Shown: positions 1 to 11,623 of the stretch, in pieces
Numbering within the stretch: the first letter of the stretch is position 1
How the letters are laid out: every line of letters begins with the position of its first letter
From: Hyphochytrium catenoides
Lineage: Eukaryota; Protista; Hyphochytriomycota
DNA length: 44,509 nucleotides
Assembly (NCBI GenBank): GCA_900088475.1
Contig: FLMG01000013.1
Span: forward strand, 1-44,509
Reading direction: 5' to 3'
Translations under genes and position numbers: made by a program
The notes under the pieces: generated by a model
Seen by the model: only the letters and a program-made list of their open reading frames with translations
What the model was told of the DNA's origin: nothing
Databases searched by the model: none

Positions 1-136
1 GCTCCAAGAGGCGCTTCACCTTCTCCGGTGGAATTGTCGCATTGCCGTATCCACCTTCTACTTCATCGGCAGGGACTTCCTCCTCTCCTTCCAAGCGTCT
101 CTTCTTGTTCCCGTTTGCATTAGTCGGTGAAGACAT
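1..136 (-). CDS. 5' fragment of a gene running off the left edge; possibly a UBA2/hnRNP-like RNA-binding protein
   Basis: ATG at 136 opens MSSPTNANGNKKRRLEGEEEVPADEVEGGYGNATIPPEKVKRLLE with no stop to the window edge. It has an NLS-like KKRR, and 'KRLLE' recalls the 'LLEPF' N-terminus of UBA2-type RBPs. Intron-like signals lie upstream in the 5' leader (e.g. GTAAGC...GCCTAG just before the ATG). Confidence 0.45.
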   Translation of the reverse strand, partial: MSSPTNANGNKKRRLEGEEEVPADEVEGGYGNATIPPEKVKRLLE

Positions 137-1164
137 AGTTCCAGCTAGGCAAAAACAATTTCCTCCGGCAGCAAGTGGTTGTTCCTATACAGGTCTTGAG
201 AGCTTACCGCAAAGACCAGGGTGGGGCCGCTGCATTCAAAAGTATTGAGCCCCACCAGCGCCGCATGGGTTCGGGAGATAACAGAAAAACAATCAAGCTC
301 ATATCCACCAAGCTAGGCACACAAAGCAAAGCAATAAATACCTCGTAAGGAGTCAAGCACAGATCTCAGAAGGCACAGACAGACACAGAAATCTGCACAG
401 TCTGGTGGATCACAAGAGTTCCTCTGGAACGCAATAAAACCGCGAGGAATCCCAACACGGAATCAAAGCAGCAACCGAAATCAACCAGGTCAACCGCCAC
501 AAGCACGTCAACTGCGAGAGATAAGAGAGTCGTCCGCAGGGAAGCAAGTACGAGGATGCAGTCGGAGAACTAGCAAACGGAGAAATAGCTCAGACGCTTC
601 GAGATGGAGCTTCAGGGTTCCTGTTGCCGCTTTTTACTGAGCTTGACCCAGGCGATGGCTCCACAAACAGAAAAGTCTATGGAACTCGATCCAAGGCTGT
701 GCGTTTGTGTATGCGATCCTGGCCAAGGTATTATCTTAGCCTTTTGCCTCCGACCACAACCACATTCAAAGCGCCCCTCCCCCCNNNNCTCCCAACCACA
801 AGTTCATCGTATGATTACCCTAAGCTTATCGTATAATCGATAATCGCTCAATTGATTACTTTTACTTGATAACTTGATCTCTTGAAGCGGCATCAGAAAA
901 TGGTACTTGTACAGAGTTTGCCTTGTTTCTGTGTGTGAAGGGCTGAAGCGGAAGCTTCAGATCTCCGCAGATTTCCCGCAAATCTTCAGAATTGATCTGC
1001 AAAACCCTTGCGTGGTGCTTCACGTGAGATGCAACCAATTTATTTCAACCAGGCAAACGTCAGAGGAGCTCATCTATTAGTTGGTTCACTAGGTGTGGAA
1101 GGTGCTTGTAGTGTCAGGAAGCGTTAGGGAGAAGGGTCACGAGTTAAGGTCTGTAGAGGTAGAA

Positions 1165-1913
1165 ATGGATCAAGCGGAGGAGGAGGCTCTTGTGACTTTC
1201 AGGCTGTCAAAAGATGATGCAGAACGAGCCAGACAGCAGTTTCACCGATATCTGGACCCTAGCGTACCTTACGCGTTTGAACTGAAAGATGGCATGGAAG
1301 TAGAAGCCACGGCTCTGGTATCTTGTCCACCTGAGGCGGCCTATGACCTGTTCTTGGAGGTGAGAGGCTTGTGCTTGCAGTTAAAATCTCAGTAGCTTAC
1401 TCCGCATATCTGGTTGACCAGCTGTTTTGGAAGGGAAAGCAGGCAGGACTCATCTCTCCCGTCTTTCACGACCGTGGCGCTCATGATGGCACTGGCTCTC
1501 TCCGCGAGGTTGGCAATGCTCTATTGTTATCATGCACAAGGGAAGCCTGTGGTCAACTGACATTTCGTTCCTTCATACAGATCCCATACACTCTGGGCGT
1601 GAAAGAAAAATTGCTTCGCTGTTCAAAGCCCAACTCACAGCAGCCGACACTGATTGGTACCATAACCTATACCATCCTTGACGGCCCTTTACCAATGAAG
1701 AACTACCTCGCCCTTGTCTCCTTTATCCCTGATGACCTCGACAGCGGAGACAGCTCTCTTCCGACAAAGACTCTAATTACATGGAGGAGCAAGTTCCAGC
1801 CCACTACTGCTGCGCAAGTCCTCTGCTGCGGCGGGAGTATCGTTCGGGTCCTCCTCTCGCAGTTCTTTCGCCACACTCTCAGCCAAATGCAGGACGAAGC
1901 TAAGCGCAGATAG
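1165..1913 (+). CDS. SRPBCC/START-superfamily (polyketide cyclase/dehydrase-like) ligand-binding protein, 3 exons, about 204 aa
   Basis: Exons 1165-1359, 1422-1508, 1581-1913 with GT-AG introns 1360-1421 and 1509-1580. The spliced product has ALVSCPPEAAYDLF, GTGSLREI, ITYTILDGPLPMKNYLALVSF, TLITWRSKF and a C-terminal helix, typical of the SRPBCC fold. Confidence 0.8.
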
Positions 1914-2104
1914 ACGGTGCCCTAGCTGTGCAGAGGCTCCACCCACCCACAGGTGGCATTTGTACGTACGTTATTTATTACTGATGTACACAAAGAATAA
2001 ATATAAAGGCTTAGCCTAGCGCTTTGGCGGCAGCCAACCCCCACATCCTACCTCTGAAGGTGCCGCATGCCCCATCTTTCTCCCCTAGCACCCTCACGCC
2101 CTCG

Positions 2105-5100
2105 CTATAGGAAGCCTGTCATGGGATGACCATTCTGCTCTACGTCACGACGGAGCCTTGATACCTCGCTCGCAATGCGATGAGTCCTCCACATCTTTTT
2201 GATAAGTTCATAACGACTCGTGGAGAGGTAGAGAGGGCGGCCTCTCTGCAATCCAACGTCCTCCTCACCGTGAGAGTCTACGTAAGGCGAGGGTGCGGAA
2301 GCGGCAAGATGACCCCGTATAAAGCATACTTTGGCCTGATCTAACAAGAGAATTATGCCAATGCCCGCGCCACATTCGAGAGCGTGGCGGGTGCACTCAT
2401 TCACCTTTCGCCCTGCCACCATTGAACGGCAGCACCCACTGTGGGCACAGAGAAATTCTCCACAGATGAGGCACAGCGCAGGGTCCATTGGCGTATTGCC
2501 GCAATTGCGACACTCTTTGCCTATGTACGCACTGTAGAGCTTCTCATATAAGGCGGGGAGCTCCACAAGAGATGGTTGGGGCGGATAAGAGAAAATTTTC
2601 GAGGGCGGAAGGCTTTTGCGGGAGATCTCCTCATGATATAAAGCCACCTCCGGCAAGACATCCCTACGATTCTGCTTTGTCGACCAAGTGAGAATATCCC
2701 GCATCAGCTGCTTGTCAGTTCCTATGACTTCAGTCATGGTGGGAATGGGTGGTGCCGCCGCCATTACCTCTGTTAGACCAAGGCCTGGATCTGCAGCCAC
2801 AACTATGCATCTCCAAAGAAGGTATGCCTTCCTGAAGAAGGGCAAAGATCGCTCATAGATCTGCGCCATTTTCAGTCCTGCATCCTTTCGGGAAGGCGGC
2901 TTGGTCTTACTTTCCGAGGCAAGGAAGGATAATAAGGACTCGAGAGCATCCTCCTCGTTGCTTGGAAACGACCATGTAGAGTGCGGCTCAACTGTCAGGG
3001 GCATCTTCTCCTCTTTCTCCTCTTGGGCAACTTTGGAAGCTAGTCTGACAGGAGTTTTAAGAGCCCTTGCCGACCGCTTAGCCTTGGTGGTCGCAGCCCT
3101 TTTCCTTTGGTCAGTCTCAGATGGAGAACCTGCTCTGCCATCAGGTCTCCCGCGTTTCCGCGACGCTACAACTCTCTTGACAGAATCCAGCGAGGGAGGA
3201 GAGGCTACTTTTTCCGCTTCAGCCAACAAGCGGGCAATGTGAACGAGTTGTGCCACAAAATATAGCCGGAAGATGGCCCGGACTACCTCCAAGTCCTTTG
3301 CCAGGCATGACGCCACCACAAGCCCCTGATCATTGCAGGAAAAGGCGTCAGCTTATAGTTCAAGCACAACGTTAACTCCAATTAATGCACACACTATAGC
3401 GACAACCTTACCGNNNNNNNTGCTTACCTTCTGTCTTCGAGATGCCTCAACCCTTAAGACAGGGCAGCAGAATTTGACAACCGACGCCACTACGTGGTTG
3501 TGAAGTGCTCCCTGTAGTAACTTCCTCCACCGCGAGAAGCGGAGGACAGTACCGATGGAGAGAACGTCCCTTTCCAAGCCCGCAATAAAATCCAGGTCCA
3601 TGGTGGGTCGACCTGCCTCAGTCAATGTAAATGTTTTGTCAACTCCGCGACAACTGACCGTCGAGTCAAACTCCAGACATGTCAGTGAGTACGCTACAGC
3701 GGCCCAAAGGTCAGGTAGCCGCCCAACCTTCACTTCTCTCTTTTTCCTCCACTCCGTCGCAATACCCCCAAAGGCAGCCAGCAAGCCCGGTGTGCCCAGA
3801 TGGCGGAGCCTCTGGAGTGAGTCCGCCGCAACGGCCATAAGGCCAGAGCACTCAGAAGCTTCCTGGCTGCCATAACTCTTAGCCCCACTCTGATAGGTAG
3901 ACAGACAGTCAGTCCAAGCACTAGTAGAATACTGCTCCCTGGATAGACGGAGCCCAATAGCTTGCTCGTCTCTATCGACCCAAAGCTCTGGAGGTGTGTC
4001 GTCTACTAGAAGAGGCAAAATGAGGTTCCCCACTTGCTTGCAGAGTGGACAGAGGAATTCTTCCAAGACGGCTCTCGAGTCTAGCGCGGGATAGTCATCA
4101 GACTCCTGCGCAATACGGATTAGAGATGGTGCAACTGAGACATTGTAGCTCGTCCACAGGTTTGACTAGAAATTAATGTGAAAAAACAGCGAGAAATAGT
4201 CACGAGAGGGAGCAGCACTAACAGTGGAGGAAACATACTCTGCGTCCCTCACCTGTCTGTTGGCGTTCCTCTGGTACTCCAGGAGACACTCCACATGCAG
4301 GGAGTGTCTGCACGTTTGTATGAAGGTTCCCCAGCCTCTAAGAGTTAGGGACTCTAATATGCTCTCTGTTGGGTCCTCTAGTTCTTGCCGATCCCAGTCG
4401 GGATTCTCGTACCTAATGGACACGATACCTGTCTCGTCATCAATGCTGAAGCCTAGCGAGTGAAGGACACTCTGCTCATCCTCAATCCTGTCTAGCGTGT
4501 GCACTCGTCCAAGCCGCCGCCGTTCACAGGTCTTCACTTGCTTTGTAACTGCTTGTCGAGCTAAATGCCGGCGCACCTTGCCTTCAGGAGTCAACGCAAC
4601 CTCAGGCGGAGGGCGATAGGGGCTGGCAAGGACACTGGATCTCTGAGAACAACAGAGCTCATTAAGACAAGCGTTTAAGCGGTAGTTAGAAGTTTGTACG
4701 GAGGGGCCAAGTCGTACCTGGCATAAACCTATAAAACAGCCTTCCTTCTTTTTTGTGATCTTATCATGACAAAGAATGCAGGTTGATGGCTCCTGAATGC
4801 ACCCAGAGGAAGGATGTCGCCGTTCTACGGGTTTGCGGACCTTTCTTGACCGTTGTGTTTGACCTGCTGGCACCTTTCGCATCGAAGAAGCGCCCTGACT
4901 TACCCTTGGAAATGCTGCTGTACCAAGTGCTGCTCCGCTTTCACTGTCATAAGCCCCATCCTCACTGTCAAAGGCTTCGTCCATGGTCGACATCATGGCA
5001 GCAAACGCTTGCTGCTGCCTGGCGATAGCCTCCATTGCCCGCTTTCGGGCATCTTCTTTGACACCAGTATCCTTGCCCATCCCCTCCAATGCTTTTTTGG

Positions 5101-8100
5101 ACGAAGAACTAAGCGCCTTTCGCTGACTTTCGTCCTTCAAATATGCGGAAACAGCAGCTGCACAGTCGGGTGACTCAGCAGGAAGCTCCTCTATCAACCA
5201 GCTTACAGTTACTCTCTGTTCGTATGGTAGCTTGCTTTCTATCTCAGTATCCTTGAGCTGATAGTGTTAGAACAAAGAGGAGGTACTTAGGCACAAGAAC
5301 GGTTAGAAATGGAACTTAGGAGCCTCTTGCTTACCTGCATCAGCATCTCTATAATGGACAACTTTCCAGATTGAGGGGTCGTCCACATGCACCAATATCC
5401 TTCTTCTGGTTCAGGCTCTGCCAAAGCTGTGGAACTCACTAGGGTCCCAGAGAACTGATGTCGAGCATCTTCTTTCCGTAGCCTTGAAACCTGAAGAGCT
5501 AGGGAAAGTAGGTGCAGAGCTTGCGAGAAGAGTCTTTCCGTGACCACTACATCCTTATCATGNNNNNNNNNNNNNNNNNNNNNNNNNNNNNNNNNNNNNN
5601 NNNNNNNNNNNNNNNNNNNNNNNNACACTGCTTCATAAGTCGGGAAAGTGGGCGGAAGGCGGAGGAGAGGTTCTTGTTTCGCCTCATTCTTTGTCTGCTT
5701 CTGTCTCGCTTGAAGCCATCTGTCCCTCGCGTGCTCGTGATCCTCCTTAGTTAGATGTAGAAAGACTGGACTATAATCAAATATAGTGTCCGGCTTTATC
5801 TCATACTTTCCAGGTTCGAGACCATCCGGAGGGCGATAGACGGCAATATGGGTCAAAACCTAGGCAGAATGAGCAGCCGCTAATTTAGCTTCTTGCAAGG
5901 TCAAGTCTAACCGTAGTGGGCGGTAACATCAGTATCTATATACCTCCTCAACCAGTTGTTCTGGCAAATGGGACATGATATGGCAGCTCCCGGCAGCTTC
6001 CAGAAGCTCGCTAAATGTCCTGTTTCGGACACAGAGTTGATGCAGAAGTTCTAGCCGCAATGTCTCTTTTGCTGGGTCCTTTAGCACAGGTGTGATCGAG
6101 GGCACTTGTATGACCTGATATCACGATACGAAGTGAGAGCGCCACATCGGCACGGCATAACCTATGATCACTCTTACCATGGCCAGAAGGAGGTCAACAA
6201 ACTCTTCTGCCAGTGGGACCCAGTAATCTCCAGCACTGTCGCTAGGCCCGACAAGTCTAAACAGATCAAGCATCCGCGATAAGATCAACTTCGGGCCATA
6301 GATAGTGGTACCAAGCTGCATTCGTGAGCGCCATTAAAGACTGTGTTTTAGAAAAAAACATGAGCAATCTTTCTGTCTAACCTGAGCCGCGGCCATATCA
6401 GCGTCCCTCAGGTACATAGAATGTGGCAGCGACCGATAGTGCCATAGCTGAGAGCACATCTGCTCCTCCCCATTCCGGCGCCACATGCCAACTTGGACCT
6501 CGGCCCCCATTGCAAGACAGCGAAGTGGATTCTCCGCTAAAAGTAAGATACCTTCACCGGTTGACTTCTTCAACCACGACTGCGACTCAGAGTCTCTGAT
6601 GCTTGCCAGCAGCTCGGCCATTTTGGATCCTGGACATGTGGAGACCTTTCTAACGAGCAATGTGATGAAACGTGTCAAAGGTAGATGCATCGAGATGCCA
6701 GCAAAAGGTTCGAAGAGTCCCGCCGCAAGCTGCGCTTTGGCTTTCTCTTGGAGCATCCCAAGTCCTATTCTCGCTGCATTAATGGCTTGGTCCGTCGTAA
6801 CAGCTAAGACGAGACAGTCAGTCTAAGAACCGAAGTGCTTCTTACAGCTGTTGGACTCGCACCTCGCAACACACTGGAAACAGCATGGTGTAGATGCATG
6901 ACGAGATTAAAGGCACCAAACCATTGGTCTGTCTCATACTCCACATGAGGCTCTCCCTCTCTTCTTCTGATTTGCACATCTGCTCCCTACAGGACAAGGC
7001 CAGTCAGAGATTGCTCTACTGTCAAGANNGCATCAGTTTTATGCACCTCTTGGAAAGGGAGTAGTAACGGTTTAACCCACCTCTCATTGACAATAATCCT
7101 ATCTTCCAGATCCAACGAGAGCTTGGCCAGCCCCTCGGCCTCCTCCCTTGTCTTCAACAGCATATTGACGGCTGCCTTGAGGAACACCGTTATGGCATTC
7201 ATCCGCACAGGGCTTGGAAAGATGTCTTCCACACCCTTGCCCGCATAAGATAGTGAGGAGTGGCCTGGAACCAAGGCCTGGGAGCGCTTTTGCTCAGATT
7301 TGGCGACCCGTTGGGGTTGTTGTCTGCTTTTCTTTGTAGTCTCTGGAGCTCCCAGCGTCAGCATCAAAGAGGGAACGGTAAGGAACTGGACCGAAAGCTC
7401 AAAGATGTTCCTTTTGGAGCTTCCGCACCCATTACCATAATCCTCCATCATGTGGTCATAATGGGAAACGTAAGCCTTCGCCACTGCGGCCTTGAAGTCT
7501 GAATCCCCCTAAAGAGAAAAAGGTGAGAGGTCTCAGTGGGAAGGCAGGCTGAGAAAGAGGAGCTTCTCTGTACCATCAGTGTCTGCTCCAATGTGTTCAC
7601 CGAGCTTCCGACCATGCTAGAGAAGAACGGTTCAAGCCGTACCAACCTTTCAATGGTAGATTCACGACGGCGTTGAACCAGCTCACCGAATGGGTCTCGC
7701 CCATGAGCCGATGCAGTGTCCTACAGGCACATTTAGCTTATACATTGTTCGAGATACGCGGCGATTCGCACCTTAAAGACTGCAGCGGCCAGCTTGCTCG
7801 AAGCAGAGTTTCCGCGGCCAACAAGAGCCATAAAGGTCTCCCTCATCAGGTAGGCGAAGGGCTTATTCGTCATTTCGTTGATCCCAGAACCGCGCTTTCT
7901 CCAGAACCTCAACAAAGCAGAACTCCGGTCTTCCTCCGCTATCTGAGAAATGACGGTTTCTAGGTTCTTGAAAGGCATATCATCATACAAAGCTAAAAGA
8001 GCGGAGAGAGGGCTTCCCCGTGTCGTGACGTCCTTGAGAAAAGAGTTCCAATCTCCCCAGGCTTCTATCAAGGTAGACCGCATGCGACTAACAGACGGTA

Positions 8101-10158
8101 ATCTGAGTCCAAATACAATATCTTAGCAGGCACGATAATATAAGTCTTACCTGCGGACACTTGGGTCAAGAGGAGGCGTGAGGTTGTCCAGATAGCTGTA
8201 AGGATCGCCGTCGCAACTTGGAAAATTGTAAGCTGGTTCTCTAAGATCGCCTCGAGGAGCACACAGGGAACGGGCAACAAGCGCCCCACAAGCCTCAGAC
8301 ACCCCACATATCTCGTTAAGCCAGTGCGTAAGGCTGATAGCTCGATCCTCCACATCGGTCATCCNNNNNNNNNNNNNNNNNNNNNNNNNNNNNNNNNNNN
8401 NNNNNNNNNNNNNNNNNNNNNNNNNNNNNNNNNNNNNNNNNNNNNNNNNNNCATGCAAGCCTTCATTGCGCAATTCACTTGCAATGGCGCCACAATCAAG
8501 CGCGGAGCCAGCAGCAACTACAGCTTCGCCTTGATCGTCCATACGGCTGACCAGGACCATCGCCTCGTTCGCGCTGCAACCCGTTACTTTTCGCACTTTT
8601 TCAATGACCTGCATAAATATAAACAATGATATCAGCGCTAAGCTCTAGAGTGCAATTTCTGTGGACCAGTCTAGGCGATTATGGGCATCACCTCATCAAA
8701 CGTGTGAACCTCATCGTTAAAGAGGCGGACCACATAAGTATGCTCAGCCGATGACTCGAACGGGCAAATCTTATTCTGCCATGCCCTTAAATGCTCTTCT
8801 GCGGTCTTTAGGCGAGATTTGAGCTGTTGAACATAGTCGCCGACGATGTCATTGGAATTGTCCTCTTCTCCATAGGACATGTAGGACTCATCTGAGCTTG
8901 CGCTATTGAAGTCTTCGTCCAAGCGTTGCATTGTGTCTCTGCGGACAAGCTGTCAGTGAGTCTTCTGATACAGTCCTTTATCAGCATGATGCCTGCTCCT
9001 ACCTCACTCTTCCTCTAATGGCGAATTGTCCAAACTCTAGATCAACAATCGGGACAGGCGGCGGAGGAAAGGGCACTCTACCAGCATTACCACGCTGCCC
9101 TTCCCTCCGGGGCTGATCAACTGCCTCTTCCCGTACTTCTTCGGTATGCCAGCCTTCACCTTGGTCTGTCCCTTCACTAATGCCCTCTTCATGAGGTCTG
9201 TCAGTCTGAGAGCTGCGGCTGACCAGACTAGGTCTGCTTGGGCCTTTGCGACTGTACTTTTCTATAATTGTTCTACGATTGATAAACTCCTGCGGCGCTT
9301 CAGAGCGGACCTTCATAAAGCGATTGTACATATCTCGAACATCCTCTGTCATTTCTTCGAACATTTCCAGAGCAAGATGAGCCTCGTGGACGTACTGAAC
9401 CGCAGTATCTATGACGGTAGGGGCGAAACAGAAGTCTGGAAGGCTTTGTATTGCCTTCTCTCTATCCTCTCGGTTACTTCCCGGGTGCACCCAGCAGAAG
9501 CCCTTTGGATCCCAGGCCTATGATAGAGGTTAGTGTGAGCCAGATGTCGAGCGGCAAAGAGGTAACGGGCAAAAGACCAGATCATGGGTCAACACTAGGT
9601 ACAGACCTCTGGATCGCCGCAGTCGCAATTGCCTCCCTCTACAGTCCGAATAAATACAACCTCATGGCCCTCATGGTCACTGCATTGCATGCTTGTTAGT
9701 CGGGAGTGGGAACCATTCATGCTCCCATTTATTCCTGAGAGGACATACCTTCCCAAGTAACAGTCTCGGCACATCACACAGGTCTTATCTTTCCTGCAGC
9801 TCCGGCACGTGTACGCTATCTCATCTCTTGCAAAGACATGACCGCATACTCGGCGCTTCGTAGCGCAAAACGGGTCTCCCTTGCACCGTTTTCCATTGTC
9901 GTGAAGTAATGCGCAATCTTCTGAGACTTCTATGGATCTACCAGCACAGATCAAATGCTGAAGCCAGCTGTTGATCCCAGTGGAGTCACTCCTCAGGAAC
10001 ACATAGTTGTTCAAGAAAGCTCGAATGAGATCATCACTATCAACAACTGGGGAAGCTTTCTTTCGACTCTGACGCAAGGCTGGAGCCGAGCTTACAGCTG
10101 CCTCCTCGCGGTCATAAGCTGTCAATGACTTGCCACGACTTGCCCCGGAAGTCTTCAT
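2105..10158 (-). CDS. UBR1: UBR1/UBR2-type N-recognin E3 ubiquitin ligase (UBR box, ClpS-like domain, split RING-H2, UBR C-terminal domain); about 16 short introns
   Basis: Spliced UBR box CGHVF...YTCRSC...CVMCRDC...DHEGH...GNCDCGDPEAWDPKGFCWVH. ClpS-like VRLFNDEVHTFDEVIEKV. Conserved GMWRRNG and PHVEYE-W-GAFNL segments. RING-H2 CILCH...CRHSLHVEC...CPLCK. C-terminal CLICG...HALECGAGIG...PYVDSHGEED-GLQRGRPLYL. Junctions checked are GT-AG, often with CTAAC/CTGAC branch points. N gaps fall inside the gene. Confidence 0.95.
5563..5624. other. Assembly/masking gap (62 N) inside a UBR exon; similar gaps at 785-788, 3414-3420, 7028-7029, 8365-8451, 44178-44189
   Basis: Runs of n in the sequence. 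The reading frame is preserved across 5563-5624 and 8365-8451. Confidence 0.95.
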
Positions 10159-11623
10159 CTATCTAGTTTCACGTGCCTCAGAGGCAACAGAAGGCCACGC
10201 TCTCGCGTACAGCTAGCGCAAATGTGTCCAGTCAGTTGAGGCCACAGTTGAGATTGAAGAGCAAACAGACTCGCTGGTGCTGTCTGTCTGAGTTCCTGAG
10301 AGAAAGTCTCACATGCCTTCATGCTCAACAACCATCGTGCATAGCGTCCCCTATACTGCCACCTCCAGACCTCTTCTCTTGTCTTAGCGAAGCTGCCGCC
10401 CTGGATACTTTAGCAGAACTCTAGGGCCTAGCGTTGCTCCCTCATGACATTGAGAATCATCACTTCTTCTCAAGAGAAGCACAAGGACTCCGTCTTCAGA
10501 CTCTCAGAAATTGCGAATCTGCGCGAAAACTTCATGGTTGGCGCGCAAAACTGTAGTAATAATCGTTCAATACGACCAAGCTTCTGAGCGTTAAACTGTC
10601 TGTAGTAATATTCAATGCCAAGAGGCTGAAGAAGGTCTTTTATCTATAATAACATCATCGGATGCTCAGAGATCATAAATAGATCTCAAAAAGGCTTGCA
10701 GTTAGTTACTACAACTCTAGTTATTGATCGAGAGCCGCTCCACTTTACACAGTAGATGTTGCCACAGATCCGATCGCCGACCTCTCTAGATATAAGGCGG
10801 AAGCTCGTTGACAGCAGCAACAGATAGATAGAGATGTGAGATCGATGGGGAGAAGTGAAGGTGGCTTGGCGCAGAGCTGGCGTCCTTTCCTAGGATGACA
10901 GGCTCTCTTGCTTTGCCTGCTTCCTGCGCAGTGGGCCTTATCTGCCTCAGGGACGAAACAGCCTTCGGGACAATCCGCGGTTAAATAGTCTCTCCTGTAT
11001 CATCACCACAAACACCTGCGAGAAGCGCCGAGAGCAAGTTTGGTAGGAAAGGGAAGAGTTGGCTTAGACGGGCTAATAGCCGTACAGTCCAAACAGACGC
11101 AGAGTTTATGCCAACATGTCAGGCAAGGAGAAGGCATCGATTGCTAGCAAAGAGTATGCTTCGTCTTCGACTCACTCCTTTGATCCACTTCCCTTACCGC
11201 TAACTACTAGCTTATCGAAGGTTAAGTCCAGCGGACATCTGTCCCACTTATGTTATTTCCTATATGTTCTTGATTACCTTAATATGCAGTAGTCGTCAAT
11301 CGCACCGCGGTCACCTGAACGTTGCATTGATATTGAGCACTCCAGTCACCCTTGGCTGACCACTTTGTTAGCACCCCTTCCCTAGTGCATATCCTTTCTT
11401 TCCACAAAGTTCTCTTTCTCTTTCCTCGATTGTAACTCTCTAAGGTAGATGCTGGGTAGATGAATGCTTGCTTTCTCCAGTTCTTTTCCTCCATGCTTTT
11501 CTAATAGATAAAAGCGATTTACATAGCAACAGAGGAGACACCAATATCTATCTACGAGCAGAACTTCTGCCCTAACGAGTCTAGTCTAACATTTTCTAGT
11601 CGTCCGGCCCAGGCATCAAACCA

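Noticed and set aside
10521-10529. E2F-like sites (GCGCGAAAA here; TTTCCCGC at 972-979)
   Set aside because: Several matches to such a degenerate 8-mer are expected by chance in 44 kb, and one also occurs inside an intron.
10940-10975. GGACGAAAC resembling a hammerhead ribozyme core
   Set aside because: No CTGATGA partner motif or compatible stems nearby.
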